Assembly: GCF_000189555.1 (NCBI RefSeq)
Contig: NC_017276.1
DNA length: 64,000 nt
Strand: one strand, 5' to 3'
DNA from: Saccharolobus islandicus REY15A
Lineage (GTDB): Archaea > Thermoproteota > Thermoprotei_A > Sulfolobales > Sulfolobaceae
Both the position numbers and the translations under genes were made by a program. Under the pieces are notes generated by a model. The model had not been told where the DNA came from. It searched no databases and saw nothing but the letters and a program-made list of their open reading frames with translations. Positions 42,857 through 53,144 of the stretch are shown in pieces. Numbering within the stretch: position 1 is the stretch's first letter; every line of letters starts with the position of its first letter.

Positions 42857-45487
42857 ATGAGATTAATTAACATACTACTTTTGACAATGTTGATTCTTCC
42901 ATTATTTTCCTTTTTTACTTTGTCAATGTCTTTAGCTGACCAGATACAATTACTTCCTCACTACTATTTGCCTATTAGTTATAACGTTACACAAGGAAAC
43001 GGTATTGACGTAATTTTTTACGCGTCATCACCAATAACGTTCATGATTATGACTCCTTCGCAATTTTATCAATTTAATCAAACGGGTTTATCTCAGTCAA
43101 TATATTCAACTACTACCAATTCCCTTAGTAGATTCTTTCCTCTCAAAAGTGGGCAATATTATATTGTTTTCAATAATAACATTAGTAATAATCCTGTTAC
43201 GTTAAATTACTATATTCTAATAAGACCCTTGCCTACTGGTATAGCCGATTATGGTCTTAAGGTTAACAATGGTGCTATTAGTCCTTATATAGAGAAGATT
43301 AAAAGTGTAATAGGTGCTGTTGAAATTAACAAACTGCTAGCTTATAATTTAACACCACCAGCTGGTATAAGTCAATACTCTGCATCCATTCAGTTAAATG
43401 TAGTTCTTCAAGTTAATACTATAGGTGGTTCTCAACAAATTTGGTTACAGAATGTTATACAAATTGATACCAATAATAATTTCTATAGCTTTTTAGATAA
43501 TATATGGAATTTCACTGGTAAAATCTCAATTCTATCTAATAGTACTGTGAAGGGTAATGGAATAGTTTACGTTACTAATGACGGAAATGACTATTACGCA
43601 TATGGTACCAATTTCTCCACACTATTAATACCCTCTTTAAAATATTTAATCATAAACACATCATACACTTCTCAAGGTCCCATGATATCTTTTGGCTATA
43701 TGAACCAGAGTGGTTTACCCATATGGTACGATAATGTGACTATATTAATACCAAATACTTTATCAGCATATATCCTAGTAGATGGTTATAACTTCACTGC
43801 AGGAGGGCTTGCTTACGATGCAGAGCTAATATTAGGTGGTGGAGGTAATGGCGAGTTTACGTTCTTTAATGAATCAAATGTGAAATTAGCTATGATCTAT
43901 CAATATTTAAACGGAACTTTAGCACCCCCTAAATTCCTCTTCCCCTTTGGTCTTGATACTGAGGAATCTGCAGATAACTTATATACTGTCTCATATAATG
44001 GCGTTTATTTAGTGAGTAGTGGTTATCAAGTTATAAATAACTTAAACGAAAACGTATCACAGTTGAGATTTAACGTTGTTAATTACACTAAAGTTACAGA
44101 CCAGAACTTCCCATACATATTTACTATAAACGTCTCTGGTGGAGTTTTACCGTATAAGTTAAACGTTACAATTAGCAATAGCAGTGGAAACGAGTTATCT
44201 GGATATACTTACGTTCTATTTCCCTCTGTATCGACGTATTATTTACCCTTAAGTCCGCTTTCTCCAGGTAATTATACTATTAAAATAAAACTTACTGATT
44301 TTAATGGAAATTCAAAATCTTACGAATTCTCACTTACAATAAACCCACCCTTAAAAGTACAAATACTTAACGTAACTAATTATACAGATCTAGTATTGCC
44401 TTACTTTAACTTTACCTCTCTAATAAGCGGAGGTACTAAGCCATATAATATCACTATTACAATATCTAATGATAGCAGGATATTATCAGAAACGTATAAA
44501 ATCATAAATTACACTTCAGTTGCATATTACACAGTAAACATGAAGGGTTATAGCATAGGAAAATACACCATTCAAATAGAAGTTAAGGATTACGCAGGTA
44601 GTATAAATATTTCAAAATATAATTTCACTATCAATCCTAATCCTTATATTTCTACATTAATTTATACCAATGAGACAGATAAGGGATTAAGGGGAGTAAT
44701 AAAGGCTATAGGTGAAGGAGGATCTGGAAGCCTTATATATTACTGGTACGTTAATAACTCTCTAGTAAGTAGTGGAATTGGGGATGAGCTGTATAATTTC
44801 ACGCCTTCTAATATTGGTGAATATAACATCACTATTATGGTAAAAGACGTTCTAGGGATATCTTCAGCAAAGAGCGTTATTATAAAGGTTAACCCTGATC
44901 CCGTAGCTGAGTTATCAGTACCTAAAACTGTTATAGATTCTGGAGCTGAGTTTCCAGTTAACGTTACAGTTTCTCTAGGAACACCACCCTACTATACTTC
45001 TTGGTATATTAACGGAAGTTACGTAGGTAATGGATCAATTAAGGAATTAGATTTAAGCAATATAGGAGTTTATATAATAACGGTAACAGTGAGAGATTCT
45101 GCAGGTTATATAATAAATATAAGTAAATCAGTGTCAATAGTCCCTCCTCCCTCATTAAGTGTTAAAGAACAAACTCAAGGAAACTTCATTCAGTATAATA
45201 CATCAATTGCATTATCGGCTTCAGTTAATGGTGGAACTAATCCGTATTATCTTATCTTCTTAAACGGTAAACTTGTAGGTAACTACTCCTCAACAACTCA
45301 GTTACAACTTAAGCTACAAAACGGTGAAAATAATATTACGCTAGTAGCTAAAGATTTATGGGGTAAAACTGCTGTGAAGACTTTAATAGTTAACTCTGGA
45401 TACAATTACGTAGGCATAGGAATTATTGTGGGCATAATCTTAATAATAGTTATAATTGTTATACTAGTAATCAGTAAAAGAAAATAA
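42857..45487 (+). CDS. Thermopsin-family protease with Ig/PKD-like repeats and C-terminal TM anchor
   Basis: LPTGIADYG, SIQLNVVL, WLQNV, DAELILGG, DTEESAD; repeated SGG..PY / YWYVN modules. Confidence 0.9.
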   Translation: MRLINILLLTMLILPLFSFFTLSMSLADQIQLLPHYYLPISYNVTQGNGIDVIFYASSPITFMIMTPSQFYQFNQTGLSQSIYSTTTNSLSRFFPLKSGQYYIVFNNNISNNPVTLNYYILIRPLPTGIADYGLKVNNGAISPYIEKIKSVIGAVEINKLLAYNLTPPAGISQYSASIQLNVVLQVNTIGGSQQIWLQNVIQIDTNNNFYSFLDNIWNFTGKISILSNSTVKGNGIVYVTNDGNDYYAYGTNFSTLLIPSLKYLIINTSYTSQGPMISFGYMNQSGLPIWYDNVTILIPNTLSAYILVDGYNFTAGGLAYDAELILGGGGNGEFTFFNESNVKLAMIYQYLNGTLAPPKFLFPFGLDTEESADNLYTVSYNGVYLVSSGYQVINNLNENVSQLRFNVVNYTKVTDQNFPYIFTINVSGGVLPYKLNVTISNSSGNELSGYTYVLFPSVSTYYLPLSPLSPGNYTIKIKLTDFNGNSKSYEFSLTINPPLKVQILNVTNYTDLVLPYFNFTSLISGGTKPYNITITISNDSRILSETYKIINYTSVAYYTVNMKGYSIGKYTIQIEVKDYAGSINISKYNFTINPNPYISTLIYTNETDKGLRGVIKAIGEGGSGSLIYYWYVNNSLVSSGIGDELYNFTPSNIGEYNITIMVKDVLGISSAKSVIIKVNPDPVAELSVPKTVIDSGAEFPVNVTVSLGTPPYYTSWYINGSYVGNGSIKELDLSNIGVYIITVTVRDSAGYIINISKSVSIVPPPSLSVKEQTQGNFIQYNTSIALSASVNGGTNPYYLIFLNGKLVGNYSSTTQLQLKLQNGENNITLVAKDLWGKTAVKTLIVNSGYNYVGIGIIVGIILIIVIIVILVISKRK

Positions 45488-45519
45488 TTTTTAATTCTTT
45501 CTAGTATTCTCTTCATCTT

Positions 45520-45677
45520 AGACAGCAGTTTTGTTAATTTAGTATCATATGAATTAGAAACTCATTTTCAATTCAACATAAAATTCTATAGTAAAAATTG
45601 AATATTATAGTTTTTCCTTATAATTTCTACTAAATATTTACATGTCAATGAAAGTCGATTTAAGGGAATTTAAACTA
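45520..45677. repeat. Degenerate ~160-bp intergenic direct repeat, copy A
   Basis: Shares TGTTAATTTAGTATCATAT, ATTAGAAACTCATTTTCA, TAAATATTTACATGTCAATGAAAG and CGATTTAAGGGAATTTAAACTA with 48295-48449. Confidence 0.85.
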
Positions 45678-45841
45678 GGTTTAATTAATCGCTCGGCCTC
45701 ATCACTCCTCCCCGTGCATTCTACGGGACTAATTCCCTTTGAGAAGTTTCATTAGGTGCCTTACTTCACCTCACATCGGCTTCATAATAATACCTCTAAT
45801 AAAGTGAACAACCCAGCCCTTACGGACGGGGCATCTCCACC

Positions 45842-47047
45842 TCACGATGGAGATTTCCTGCTTCTTCCAGGAAACTTACTATACACACCCTCAGAGAAGG
45901 GAATGTATAGCAGAGGTCTCCTGTCCACAGGCTCTAAGGGCTGTCCCGACCCCGCATGAAGAATATTTAGAGAAGCATTATAGTCACGATCTACAGTCCA
46001 ACCACATTTAGGACATGAGAATATACGGTCAGCCAAAGTCAAATCCTTCTTAACGTACCCACATTTAGCACACGTCTTAGAAGTATTTCTTGGATCTACT
46101 TTCACTACCCTCCTACCAGCTCTTTCAGCCTTGTAGGAGAGGTAGCTCACAAACTTAGAAAAGTCAAAATGAAGAATATGCTTTCTCAAAGTTTTACTTT
46201 CACCATCCTCAACCATCTTCTTCACATCAAGATCTTCCACATAGATCTCATCATACTCTTCTACTAGCCACGAAGTCACCTTGTGAATATAATCACTCAT
46301 CAAGTTCTTCACATGCTCGTGAAGCTTAGCTAGTTTTTCCCTGACCTTCTCGTAGTTTCTAGATCCCTTCTTCTTCCTAGATAACGATTTTTGTAAGATC
46401 TTTATCCTCCTCTCGACCTTATCAAAAACCTTGGGGTTCTCTATTACTACACCATCAGAGGTGGTTACGAGTTTCTCCACGCCTAAGTCTATTCCAACCA
46501 CTTTCCCAGTTTTCTCAAGAGGCTTCTTTTCCACCTCAACTTGAAAGATAGCATACCAACCAGTTGAACTCTTCTTTATTATAACTCCTTTTATCTCGCC
46601 TTCCAACGGTCTGTGAAAAAGCACTTTAATCTCCCCTATCTTTGAGAGGGTCAGCTTGTCTCCCTCAACCTTGAAACCAGATTGATTATAGTTGATGATC
46701 TTCAAGATCTTCTTGTACCTCAGTTTCCCCACTTTCTTCCCTTTCTTCCTCAGTTCGTGAAGAGCATTGATGTTGTACCATAATTGGTTGTTAACCATTT
46801 GAAGGGCTTTAGAGTAAACTAGATCCTTCCCTTCTATTTTCAAGTCCCTCAACATGTTTTGAGTGTCTTTAGGTGTTATCTTTTTCCCTTCTTTCCTCGC
46901 GTTATTCACCACATCTAACAAGGCATTGTATACTTTAGCCTCAACCTGCATTACTTTGATGAGTTTCTCCTCGACTTCTCTCGTTGGGTAAATCTTGTAC
47001 TTGAATGAGAGTTGGGTCTTGTCATTCTTCTCCTTGGCTCTCCACAT
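45842..47047 (-). CDS. tnpB: RNA-guided endonuclease TnpB (second clade)
   Basis: GIDLG / VEDL / DRDYNA and CAKC..CPKC; divergent from the other two TnpBs. Confidence 0.95.
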   Translation of the reverse strand: MWRAKEKNDKTQLSFKYKIYPTREVEEKLIKVMQVEAKVYNALLDVVNNARKEGKKITPKDTQNMLRDLKIEGKDLVYSKALQMVNNQLWYNINALHELRKKGKKVGKLRYKKILKIINYNQSGFKVEGDKLTLSKIGEIKVLFHRPLEGEIKGVIIKKSSTGWYAIFQVEVEKKPLEKTGKVVGIDLGVEKLVTTSDGVVIENPKVFDKVERRIKILQKSLSRKKKGSRNYEKVREKLAKLHEHVKNLMSDYIHKVTSWLVEEYDEIYVEDLDVKKMVEDGESKTLRKHILHFDFSKFVSYLSYKAERAGRRVVKVDPRNTSKTCAKCGYVKKDLTLADRIFSCPKCGWTVDRDYNASLNILHAGSGQPLEPVDRRPLLYIPFSEGVYSKFPGRSRKSPS

Positions 47048-47429
47048 ATTTTTTCAGTACCTCCAGTGTTACTTGTCCACTCGTTGCTAGGAAGTAAGAT
47101 GGTGACCAGAAGTGCCCTTTCCACAGTTTTTCCTTTACTTGTGGAAATTTTCTCTGTATTTCTCTAGACGTGATGGTCTTGATTGCGTTCACGTACCTAG
47201 GTATATTTAGGGTTGGTTTTGCTTTGAATAACATGTGGAAGTGATCCTTATCTACTCCTATATCTATGACTTCAACTTCGAATGTTTTGCTTATTTCCTG
47301 AATTTGTTCCTTTAGGAAGTTGATTATTTCTTCATTATCGAACACCTTCCTGCGGTACTTCACCACTTGGACATAGTGGTAATAAAGAGCGTAAACTGAA
47401 TGGGATCCTCTGTCCAATCTGTACCGCAT
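47022..47429 (-). CDS. tnpA: IS200/IS605 Y1 HUH transposase TnpA
   Basis: YHYVQVVKYRR, DHFHML (HUH), LWKGHFWSPSYF, YVESQ (catalytic Tyr). Confidence 0.95.
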   Translation of the reverse strand: MRYRLDRGSHSVYALYYHYVQVVKYRRKVFDNEEIINFLKEQIQEISKTFEVEVIDIGVDKDHFHMLFKAKPTLNIPRYVNAIKTITSREIQRKFPQVKEKLWKGHFWSPSYFLATSGQVTLEVLKKYVESQGEE

Positions 47430-47629
47430 AGTTATATCTATTTTTTAATAACTATAAAAAGGTTTCTATAAGGGGGCTATTCATCCCCTCCCTCACGGAA
47501 GGGGACTTTCGCCCCCTTAACCCCTAATTAAATTAAAAATATTAAGGGCAGAGAAGTAACGCAACGCCTAAAATCTATTTACGAGCTAATCGGAAAGATC
47601 AAATAAATATTTAATTTACTAGAGCAAAT

Positions 47630-47815
47630 ATGTATAAGAGAAAAATGACTGAACAAGTTTCCGAGATTCAGAAAGATTTGCGCAAAAGGGCTGAGTTCGT
47701 CATCAAGGCTTATAAGAAGTATTTTGATGCTTTAGCGGAATTTGATAAGACCGGAATACTTAAGGTTAATGGGGAAGTCCTTTATGTATCTAAACGTGAT
47801 TCTAATAAGGATTAG
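47630..47815 (+). CDS. Small hypothetical protein convergent with Doc gene
   Basis: 61-aa ORF (or shorter from MTEQ), 3' end overlaps the Doc ORF. Confidence 0.55.
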   Translation: MYKRKMTEQVSEIQKDLRKRAEFVIKAYKKYFDALAEFDKTGILKVNGEVLYVSKRDSNKD

Positions 47816-48233
47816 CTAAATTTCTCATAATCTCCCCTATAATTTCTTGTAGTTCTCTTATTTCATTTTCCGTTTCATTAGCTATTTTTGCTATCACAGT
47901 TATTAACGATTTCATTAGACGATCTTCAATTATTATATCCCTCTCATATAACTTAGAAAGTATAGTAAGTAGCAATGCTGTAGCGGTTCTCTTATTTCCG
48001 TCGGCGAAAGGGTGCCCACTAATCAAGTGATGTATTAAAACTGCTAAACTCCTACTTATACTATGGTTTATTTCAAAGTCCAGTAGTGCGGAATAGATAG
48101 CTCCTTCAATATTTCCCTCATTAATTACGATAGAAGTTAGGGAAGGGTCTTCTTCTTTTAAAACTCTGTCATTTAGCCATATTATGAAAGTCTTACTAAG
48201 TGAGGTGATGATGGCTCTCAACTTACTTTCCAT
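47802..48233 (-). CDS. Fic/Doc-family protein (Doc-type)
   Basis: HPFADGNKRTA motif; K replaces the second G of canonical Fic, as in Doc kinases. Confidence 0.9.
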   Translation of the reverse strand: MESKLRAIITSLSKTFIIWLNDRVLKEEDPSLTSIVINEGNIEGAIYSALLDFEINHSISRSLAVLIHHLISGHPFADGNKRTATALLLTILSKLYERDIIIEDRLMKSLITVIAKIANETENEIRELQEIIGEIMRNLANPY

Positions 48234-48294
48234 GTATCGGTATCTTAAATCTAAATAATTTTATATTTTTGTTATGTGACACATAGCTTTATTG

Positions 48295-48449
48295 TAGATA
48301 GTAGTTGTGTTAATTTAGTATCATATAGATTAGAAACTCATTTTCATCTTAACGCGAAATTTACTAATTAAGAAAGAAGATATTATAGTTTTCTCTAATT
48401 TTTAAATATTTACATGTCAATGAAAGCCGATTTAAGGGAATTTAAACTA
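48295..48449. repeat. Degenerate ~160-bp intergenic direct repeat, copy B
   Basis: See 45520-45677. Confidence 0.85.
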
Positions 48450-48621
48450 CGCTTCATGACTGAAATTGTTGCTTACACTGAAGGGAGCATTAAACTTATT
48501 TATGACGTTTTCAAGCGCTGCAGGTACTAATATATTACAGTCCGATATTAGTAATTCCTCATTTGCGACCTTTCTTCCTTCAAGGTATCTATTATAACAC
48601 TTTTCCCTTCTTTTGTTTCAA

Positions 48622-48924
48622 TCAATCGTAACCTATTATTAAAATTTTATCCATAAGCTTATAAGAATAAAGGATTGTAAAATTAAAACTATTTCTTGAC
48701 ATAGATATAAGCTCATCTTTTACTTTTTCATTTTTTACATTGTCTGGCACTATCACTACATAATACTTAGCAGTAGGTACAAAAGTCTTGAAAAATTTCT
48801 GAACATCAACTATCAAACTGGCACTAACGTGCCTAACAAACTTCACACTTCCACTTTTACTTATCATTTTAATTAGGCTATCCTCAATATATTCTGATAA
48901 CTCCTCAATTCGTATAACTGGCAT
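48622..48924 (-). CDS. Small hypothetical protein (DUF4898-like)
   Basis: KFFKTFVP..KYYVVI motif shared with ORF52785; family name from recall. Confidence 0.55.
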   Translation of the reverse strand: MPVIRIEELSEYIEDSLIKMISKSGSVKFVRHVSASLIVDVQKFFKTFVPTAKYYVVIVPDNVKNEKVKDELISMSRNSFNFTILYSYKLMDKILIIGYD

Positions 48925-49041
48925 TTATATTTATATGCATTTTCCATGTTAATAAGTATACATGTATATATTCCATAAGAAGTATATAGGATTTATACAA
49001 TTTATACTGAAATACTTAAATAGAAGAGATAAGTAGAAAGC

Positions 49042-50460
49042 TCACGCATGTTGCCCCGTCTTAATTACGTAATTCCTAGTGAATAAAGCAACGATAAGGT
49101 TTAGGAACATTATACCGACTGCAGCAGTATACATGTAATGAAAGGCTGAATAAGATGGTACTTGAGCTAACGGTACAATTTGATCGTTAAAATCGTATAT
49201 TATCCATGTAGTGTAGGTGTCCATAAATACTGTTGAGATTACTGGGCCAATTGAACTTCCGATAGTTCTTATTAAAGTGTTCATGCCTATTCCTATTCCT
49301 CTTTGTTCCTCTGGTAAAGATACTGCGACCATATTAACTAATGGAATCATAATATTAACTAACCCTAAAGCAGTTATCATGACATCAAGTACAACTTCAT
49401 ATACGCTATACCTAAAAGTATCTAGAAGCAAATAACCAAAAATGCTAATTACAGAACCTATGATAAGTAATGGCTTAGGTCCAGTAGCGTTAATCAATCT
49501 ACCTACTATCGGTCCGACAATCATCATTACTAAAGCTACAGGTGTCATTAACAGTCCAGATTCTATTATGGATAAGCCTAGTCCATAGGGTTGAGGTAAT
49601 TGAAGATAATAAACTAACCCTGTAAACATTAAAAACATTCCAGCTCCAGATATTAGCCCAGCTATATTTGCTACCATTATATTTCTTACTCCAAATAAAT
49701 CAAGTCTCATCAGGGGTTCATTGGCTCTTCTCTCTACCAATAAAAATATGGGAAATGCTATTACTGAAATCGCAATTAATAACAATTGACTAAGGGAAGT
49801 CCAACCAACATTAGGACCATTAGATAAATATACTAATAACGGAACTACTGTTAGCATAAGAAATGTTGCCCCTAAATAATCTATCTTCTCCCTAGTCTTC
49901 TCAGGGATCTCAACTATGTACTTTGCGGAAATTATTACTAGAATTATTGATAGTAAAAATGCGGTATGAAACGCATAAGGCCATCCAAGATCTTGAACTA
50001 TATAGGAACCTACTAATAATCCTAAGGCTGGACCGGCTGCGAGTGTCGCACTTAAAATACCTTGAGCCCATGCAACTCGCTCTTTGGGAAATAGGTCAGT
50101 TATAATGGCTATTGCAAGAGGAAACGTTGCATAGCCTAATCCTTGAATCGCCCTAGCGAAAATTAAAAAGTAGATGTTAGTTGAGAACCCAGCTAATAAT
50201 ACAGCTAACGAGTAAAACCCAATAGATAAGAGGTAAACTTTCTTCTTTCCATATCTATCACCAAGTTTTCCAAAAAGTGGTGATGCAATTGCACCAACTA
50301 TGAGATAGGCTGATGTTACCCATGCAACCGTTGTGGCTGTAGTAGAGAATTGTGTTTCGATTTTCGGCAATGCAGGTATGACCATTGTCTCAACGTAATT
50401 TACTAAAGTTAACATTAGAGTGAGGGTAATTAAAGTACGCATTGCTTCTTTAGAGTCCAT
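49042..50460 (-). CDS. MFS drug:H+ antiporter (DHA2-like)
   Basis: 14-TM pattern, PLFGKLGDRYGKKK, GPALG..VG, PLMRLDLF. Confidence 0.9.
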   Translation of the reverse strand: MDSKEAMRTLITLTLMLTLVNYVETMVIPALPKIETQFSTTATTVAWVTSAYLIVGAIASPLFGKLGDRYGKKKVYLLSIGFYSLAVLLAGFSTNIYFLIFARAIQGLGYATFPLAIAIITDLFPKERVAWAQGILSATLAAGPALGLLVGSYIVQDLGWPYAFHTAFLLSIILVIISAKYIVEIPEKTREKIDYLGATFLMLTVVPLLVYLSNGPNVGWTSLSQLLLIAISVIAFPIFLLVERRANEPLMRLDLFGVRNIMVANIAGLISGAGMFLMFTGLVYYLQLPQPYGLGLSIIESGLLMTPVALVMMIVGPIVGRLINATGPKPLLIIGSVISIFGYLLLDTFRYSVYEVVLDVMITALGLVNIMIPLVNMVAVSLPEEQRGIGIGMNTLIRTIGSSIGPVISTVFMDTYTTWIIYDFNDQIVPLAQVPSYSAFHYMYTAAVGIMFLNLIVALFTRNYVIKTGQHA

Positions 50461-50659
50461 AAAGAAAAGAGCGATATAAAGACAAATAAATTTTTCGATA
50501 TATCTTTTTCAATGAACATAAATAGTAATGCTTTTAGTTACAACTTAGTTATGATAAGCAACTATACTTAATCACACTTTAAAGGGCAATGCATTTTCAT
50601 TCAATATTGACGTCTAAGGTTGACCACACTTTTCACTGATATTTCTTATATTAGGAAAT

Positions 50660-50960
50660 ACCAGTGAAACTTTTCTTCTATGTTTATGTTTCCCATATGG
50701 TATTGCCTTGTAGTTCTTGTGGGCTTATCTCCTTTTCGTTGATTTTCTTGTTTGTTCCTTTTCTCTACTTTTAGAATAGGCATTTCTCTCCTTCTATCTG
50801 GAATTCGTTGATCCATCTATAAATTGTGCTGGTGTACTTATAGTATTTTAGCTATTTTCTAGTTTTCATTCCTTCCAATAGTATTCCTCTAGCCTCAGTC
50901 TCGTTTAGGTCCTTGGGCTTCTTTTTGATCAGTTTTCTGAGCCTCGTTTTTAATCTCCTA
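50660..50960 (-). pseudogene. Decayed IS630/Tc1-type transposase N-terminal (HTH) remnant
   Basis: Manual translation TIYRWINEFQIEGEKCLF*K*RKGTNKKINE with several stops. Confidence 0.5.
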
Positions 50961-51349
50961 AACACGCCAATTCCCTGGTGTCTACTAGCTAAATTTGAGA
51001 TAGTCCCTTCTAGTCTCCTTTACACATATTATGAAAAAGACTATAACGCCTCTACGTAACTACTAGTTAGTTTTAATCAATTCTAAATATCGTTTTGAGT
51101 GTGTTTATATTTATATAGTATTATTAATGTATTTTTTATTGATGGTCTCCCAACTAATGACGGATACTGCTCACGAGGTTCTTGGGGGTGATAAAAACTG
51201 GATGGGAGGGTAGTGGTGTTTTCATCGACTAGGGCCTAATGACTTAAGGGTGAGTGTGTATGAGCCCGTAAGAGGGATGACCTTGGTGGAATTAAAAGTA
51301 AGGATAAGTTACACCACGAGTAAACACTATATCCTTCTGTCTTTTTCTC

Positions 51350-51769
51350 TCATTTGACAAAATCTCTCGGGTCTATTCTTCTGATCCCAAGGACTTTGTC
51401 AAAGATGTGATCTGTGGAAATTATTATCTTATCCTTATCGTATAGGAGGCAAGTTGCAACATAATAACAATCGAATATTGAAGATATTCCATATTGGGAC
51501 ATTAAAGACAGCGCAAGAAGATCAGTATCTACAGTAGTGGGAACCCAGTCTATGTTAGGTATACTCTTTAACGCACCGAGCCTTAGGAGTATTTCTTGCG
51601 GAGATAAATTCATATTCTTTAAAACATAGTAAAGCTCATGAAACACTTCTCTGGAGGTGATTACTTTTAACTCTCCTCTAGCAATTCTTAAAAGAATAGT
51701 ATCGGCCACGGCTTTAAGTCTATCTTCAGACTTAATATGGGCTAGGAGAATGTCACTCTCTATCATCAT
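51350..51769 (-). CDS. vapC: VapC PIN-domain toxin
   Basis: IESDILL, REVFHEL, SIFDCYYVA, STDHIFD acidic PIN pattern. Confidence 0.9.
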   Translation of the reverse strand: MMIESDILLAHIKSEDRLKAVADTILLRIARGELKVITSREVFHELYYVLKNMNLSPQEILLRLGALKSIPNIDWVPTTVDTDLLALSLMSQYGISSIFDCYYVATCLLYDKDKIIISTDHIFDKVLGIRRIDPRDFVK

Positions 51770-52002
51770 TTTGAGTGCCTTCCTAATGCGTCCCTTTCAG
51801 CCTCCTTTTCAGCAATTTCTTTCAGCTCCTTAACACTAAGCTCAGTTTTAATTATGCCGTAAGTTTCAGCCAAGGGATCCTTAGGAATAGGTATACCTAC
51901 GAAGAAAGTCCCTGCCTCAATTATTATTACCGAGTCAGCATTAGCTAGTTTTTTAGGAAGCTTTATCCTACCTCTATCATCCACTTTTACAACATATGCC
52001 AT
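51766..52002 (-). CDS. vapB: VapB antitoxin (AbrB/MazE/SpoVT fold)
   Basis: VVKVDDRGRIKLPK; ATGA overlap with vapC. Confidence 0.88.
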   Translation of the reverse strand: MAYVVKVDDRGRIKLPKKLANADSVIIIEAGTFFVGIPIPKDPLAETYGIIKTELSVKELKEIAEKEAERDALGRHSK

Positions 52003-52119
52003 TATTTATATTATAAATCCCCGAGATTATTAACTTTTCCCCACTTATGCAGATCTGTCCCACATAGCCTCAAGCTTGTTAGGCTTTATTACGATCTTGG
52101 TTTTTTTTTTATCTTGCTA

Positions 52120-52298
52120 CCGTTTGTCCCTACACTTTCATTTCAATCATTTTATGTTCATTCATGATCGAGTGTAGGTACTTAGCCCTCAATCACCTTA
52201 TAGGTGGGTCATGGGACTCCAACGGCACGGGGCTCACATCTCCGTAATCCCCCTCACCCTTTTGGGCATAGCCCACATCGGCGTGAGAGATCATCCTT
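52120..52298 (-). mobile_element. Solo right-end remnant of an IS607-family (ISC1904-like) element
   Basis: GC-rich 180 bp ending ..AAAATGATTGAAATGAAAGTGTAGGGACAAACGG on the minus strand, recalled as a Sulfolobus IS607 end; no transposase. Confidence 0.45.
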
Positions 52299-52784
52299 AA
52301 TAAATAAAATTTTAACATACTTAAATATAAAAAGATTTCTATTAAAATGAAAAAGAATTCAGTCCAAGAGTGTTTGGAGTAGTTAAGGTCTAATAATTTG
52401 GTTGAGTCTTTGCTTGAGTGGTAGGTTTTTTGGTAAGTTTCATTCTCCTTGGAGGATTTTATAGATCACCTTGAGCATTGCTTTTGAGTATAGATTATCA
52501 AATTATTGTTCATAATAATATTATTACTACGCTTCTTATTTTTCTCGATACACTGTTATTTAATCAAGTATTCCCTTATAGACTTACGCTAATCTAGAGA
52601 TAATATTACAATTACCAACGGATCCTAATCGCTTCTCTACCTAACATACTTAAGGTTTTTGCATAAATTTAGAGAGATCCTTGCCCTTTAAACTACAAGT
52701 ATATTTACACACATAAACCTTGTCCTTGAAATCTGATGAAGTGTAAAGAAGTTAAATTAATATATAACTTAGGTTACTTTATAT

Positions 52785-53135
52785 ATGATGATACACTTAA
52801 GTGTTAAAGAACTTGAAAGTTATCTTGATGATGATTTGTTAAAGCTTTTAAAGAAAGAAGATATAAGACATATATTTCTTATAAATACAAAAATCATCTC
52901 AAACTTTGAAAAATTCTTTAGCACGTTCCTTCCAGACAGTGTCAAATATTTCGTAGTAATATCTTCTGATTTACCAGTTAAGATAATTAAGGAAAGTTTA
53001 ATTAGAGCTAAAGATACACTAGAAGTATCGTGCTACATCACATCTAAACTACCACCGAAATCAATGATAATAATTGGACTACAATCCGTAAGTGAGAGAG
53101 AAGAATTAAAGGAGCTTTCAGCATTCCGAACTTAA
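52785..53135 (+). CDS. Small hypothetical protein (DUF4898-like)
   Basis: KFFSTFLP..KYFVVI; paralog of ORF48622. Confidence 0.6.
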   Translation: MMIHLSVKELESYLDDDLLKLLKKEDIRHIFLINTKIISNFEKFFSTFLPDSVKYFVVISSDLPVKIIKESLIRAKDTLEVSCYITSKLPPKSMIIIGLQSVSEREELKELSAFRT

Positions 53136-53144
53136 TCTTTGCTC

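Larger units (their letters stand above)
45804..47532 (-). mobile_element. Autonomous IS200/IS605-family element tnpA+tnpB, 1729 bp (ISC1733-like)
   Basis: Right end GTTCAC at 45804, terminal hairpins, left end adjacent to target TTTAA (47533-47537). Confidence 0.9.

Noticed and set aside
45680-45800. GC-rich block with a CCCGT/ACGGG hairpin next to the IS right end
   Set aside because: Shares only a 9-mer (CACATCGGC) with the 52120 relic; cannot be called an element or ncRNA
52345-52500. Possible transposase 3' remnant (LYSKAMLKVIYKILQG.. on the minus strand)
   Set aside because: Too short and degraded to assign; no matching TIR identified
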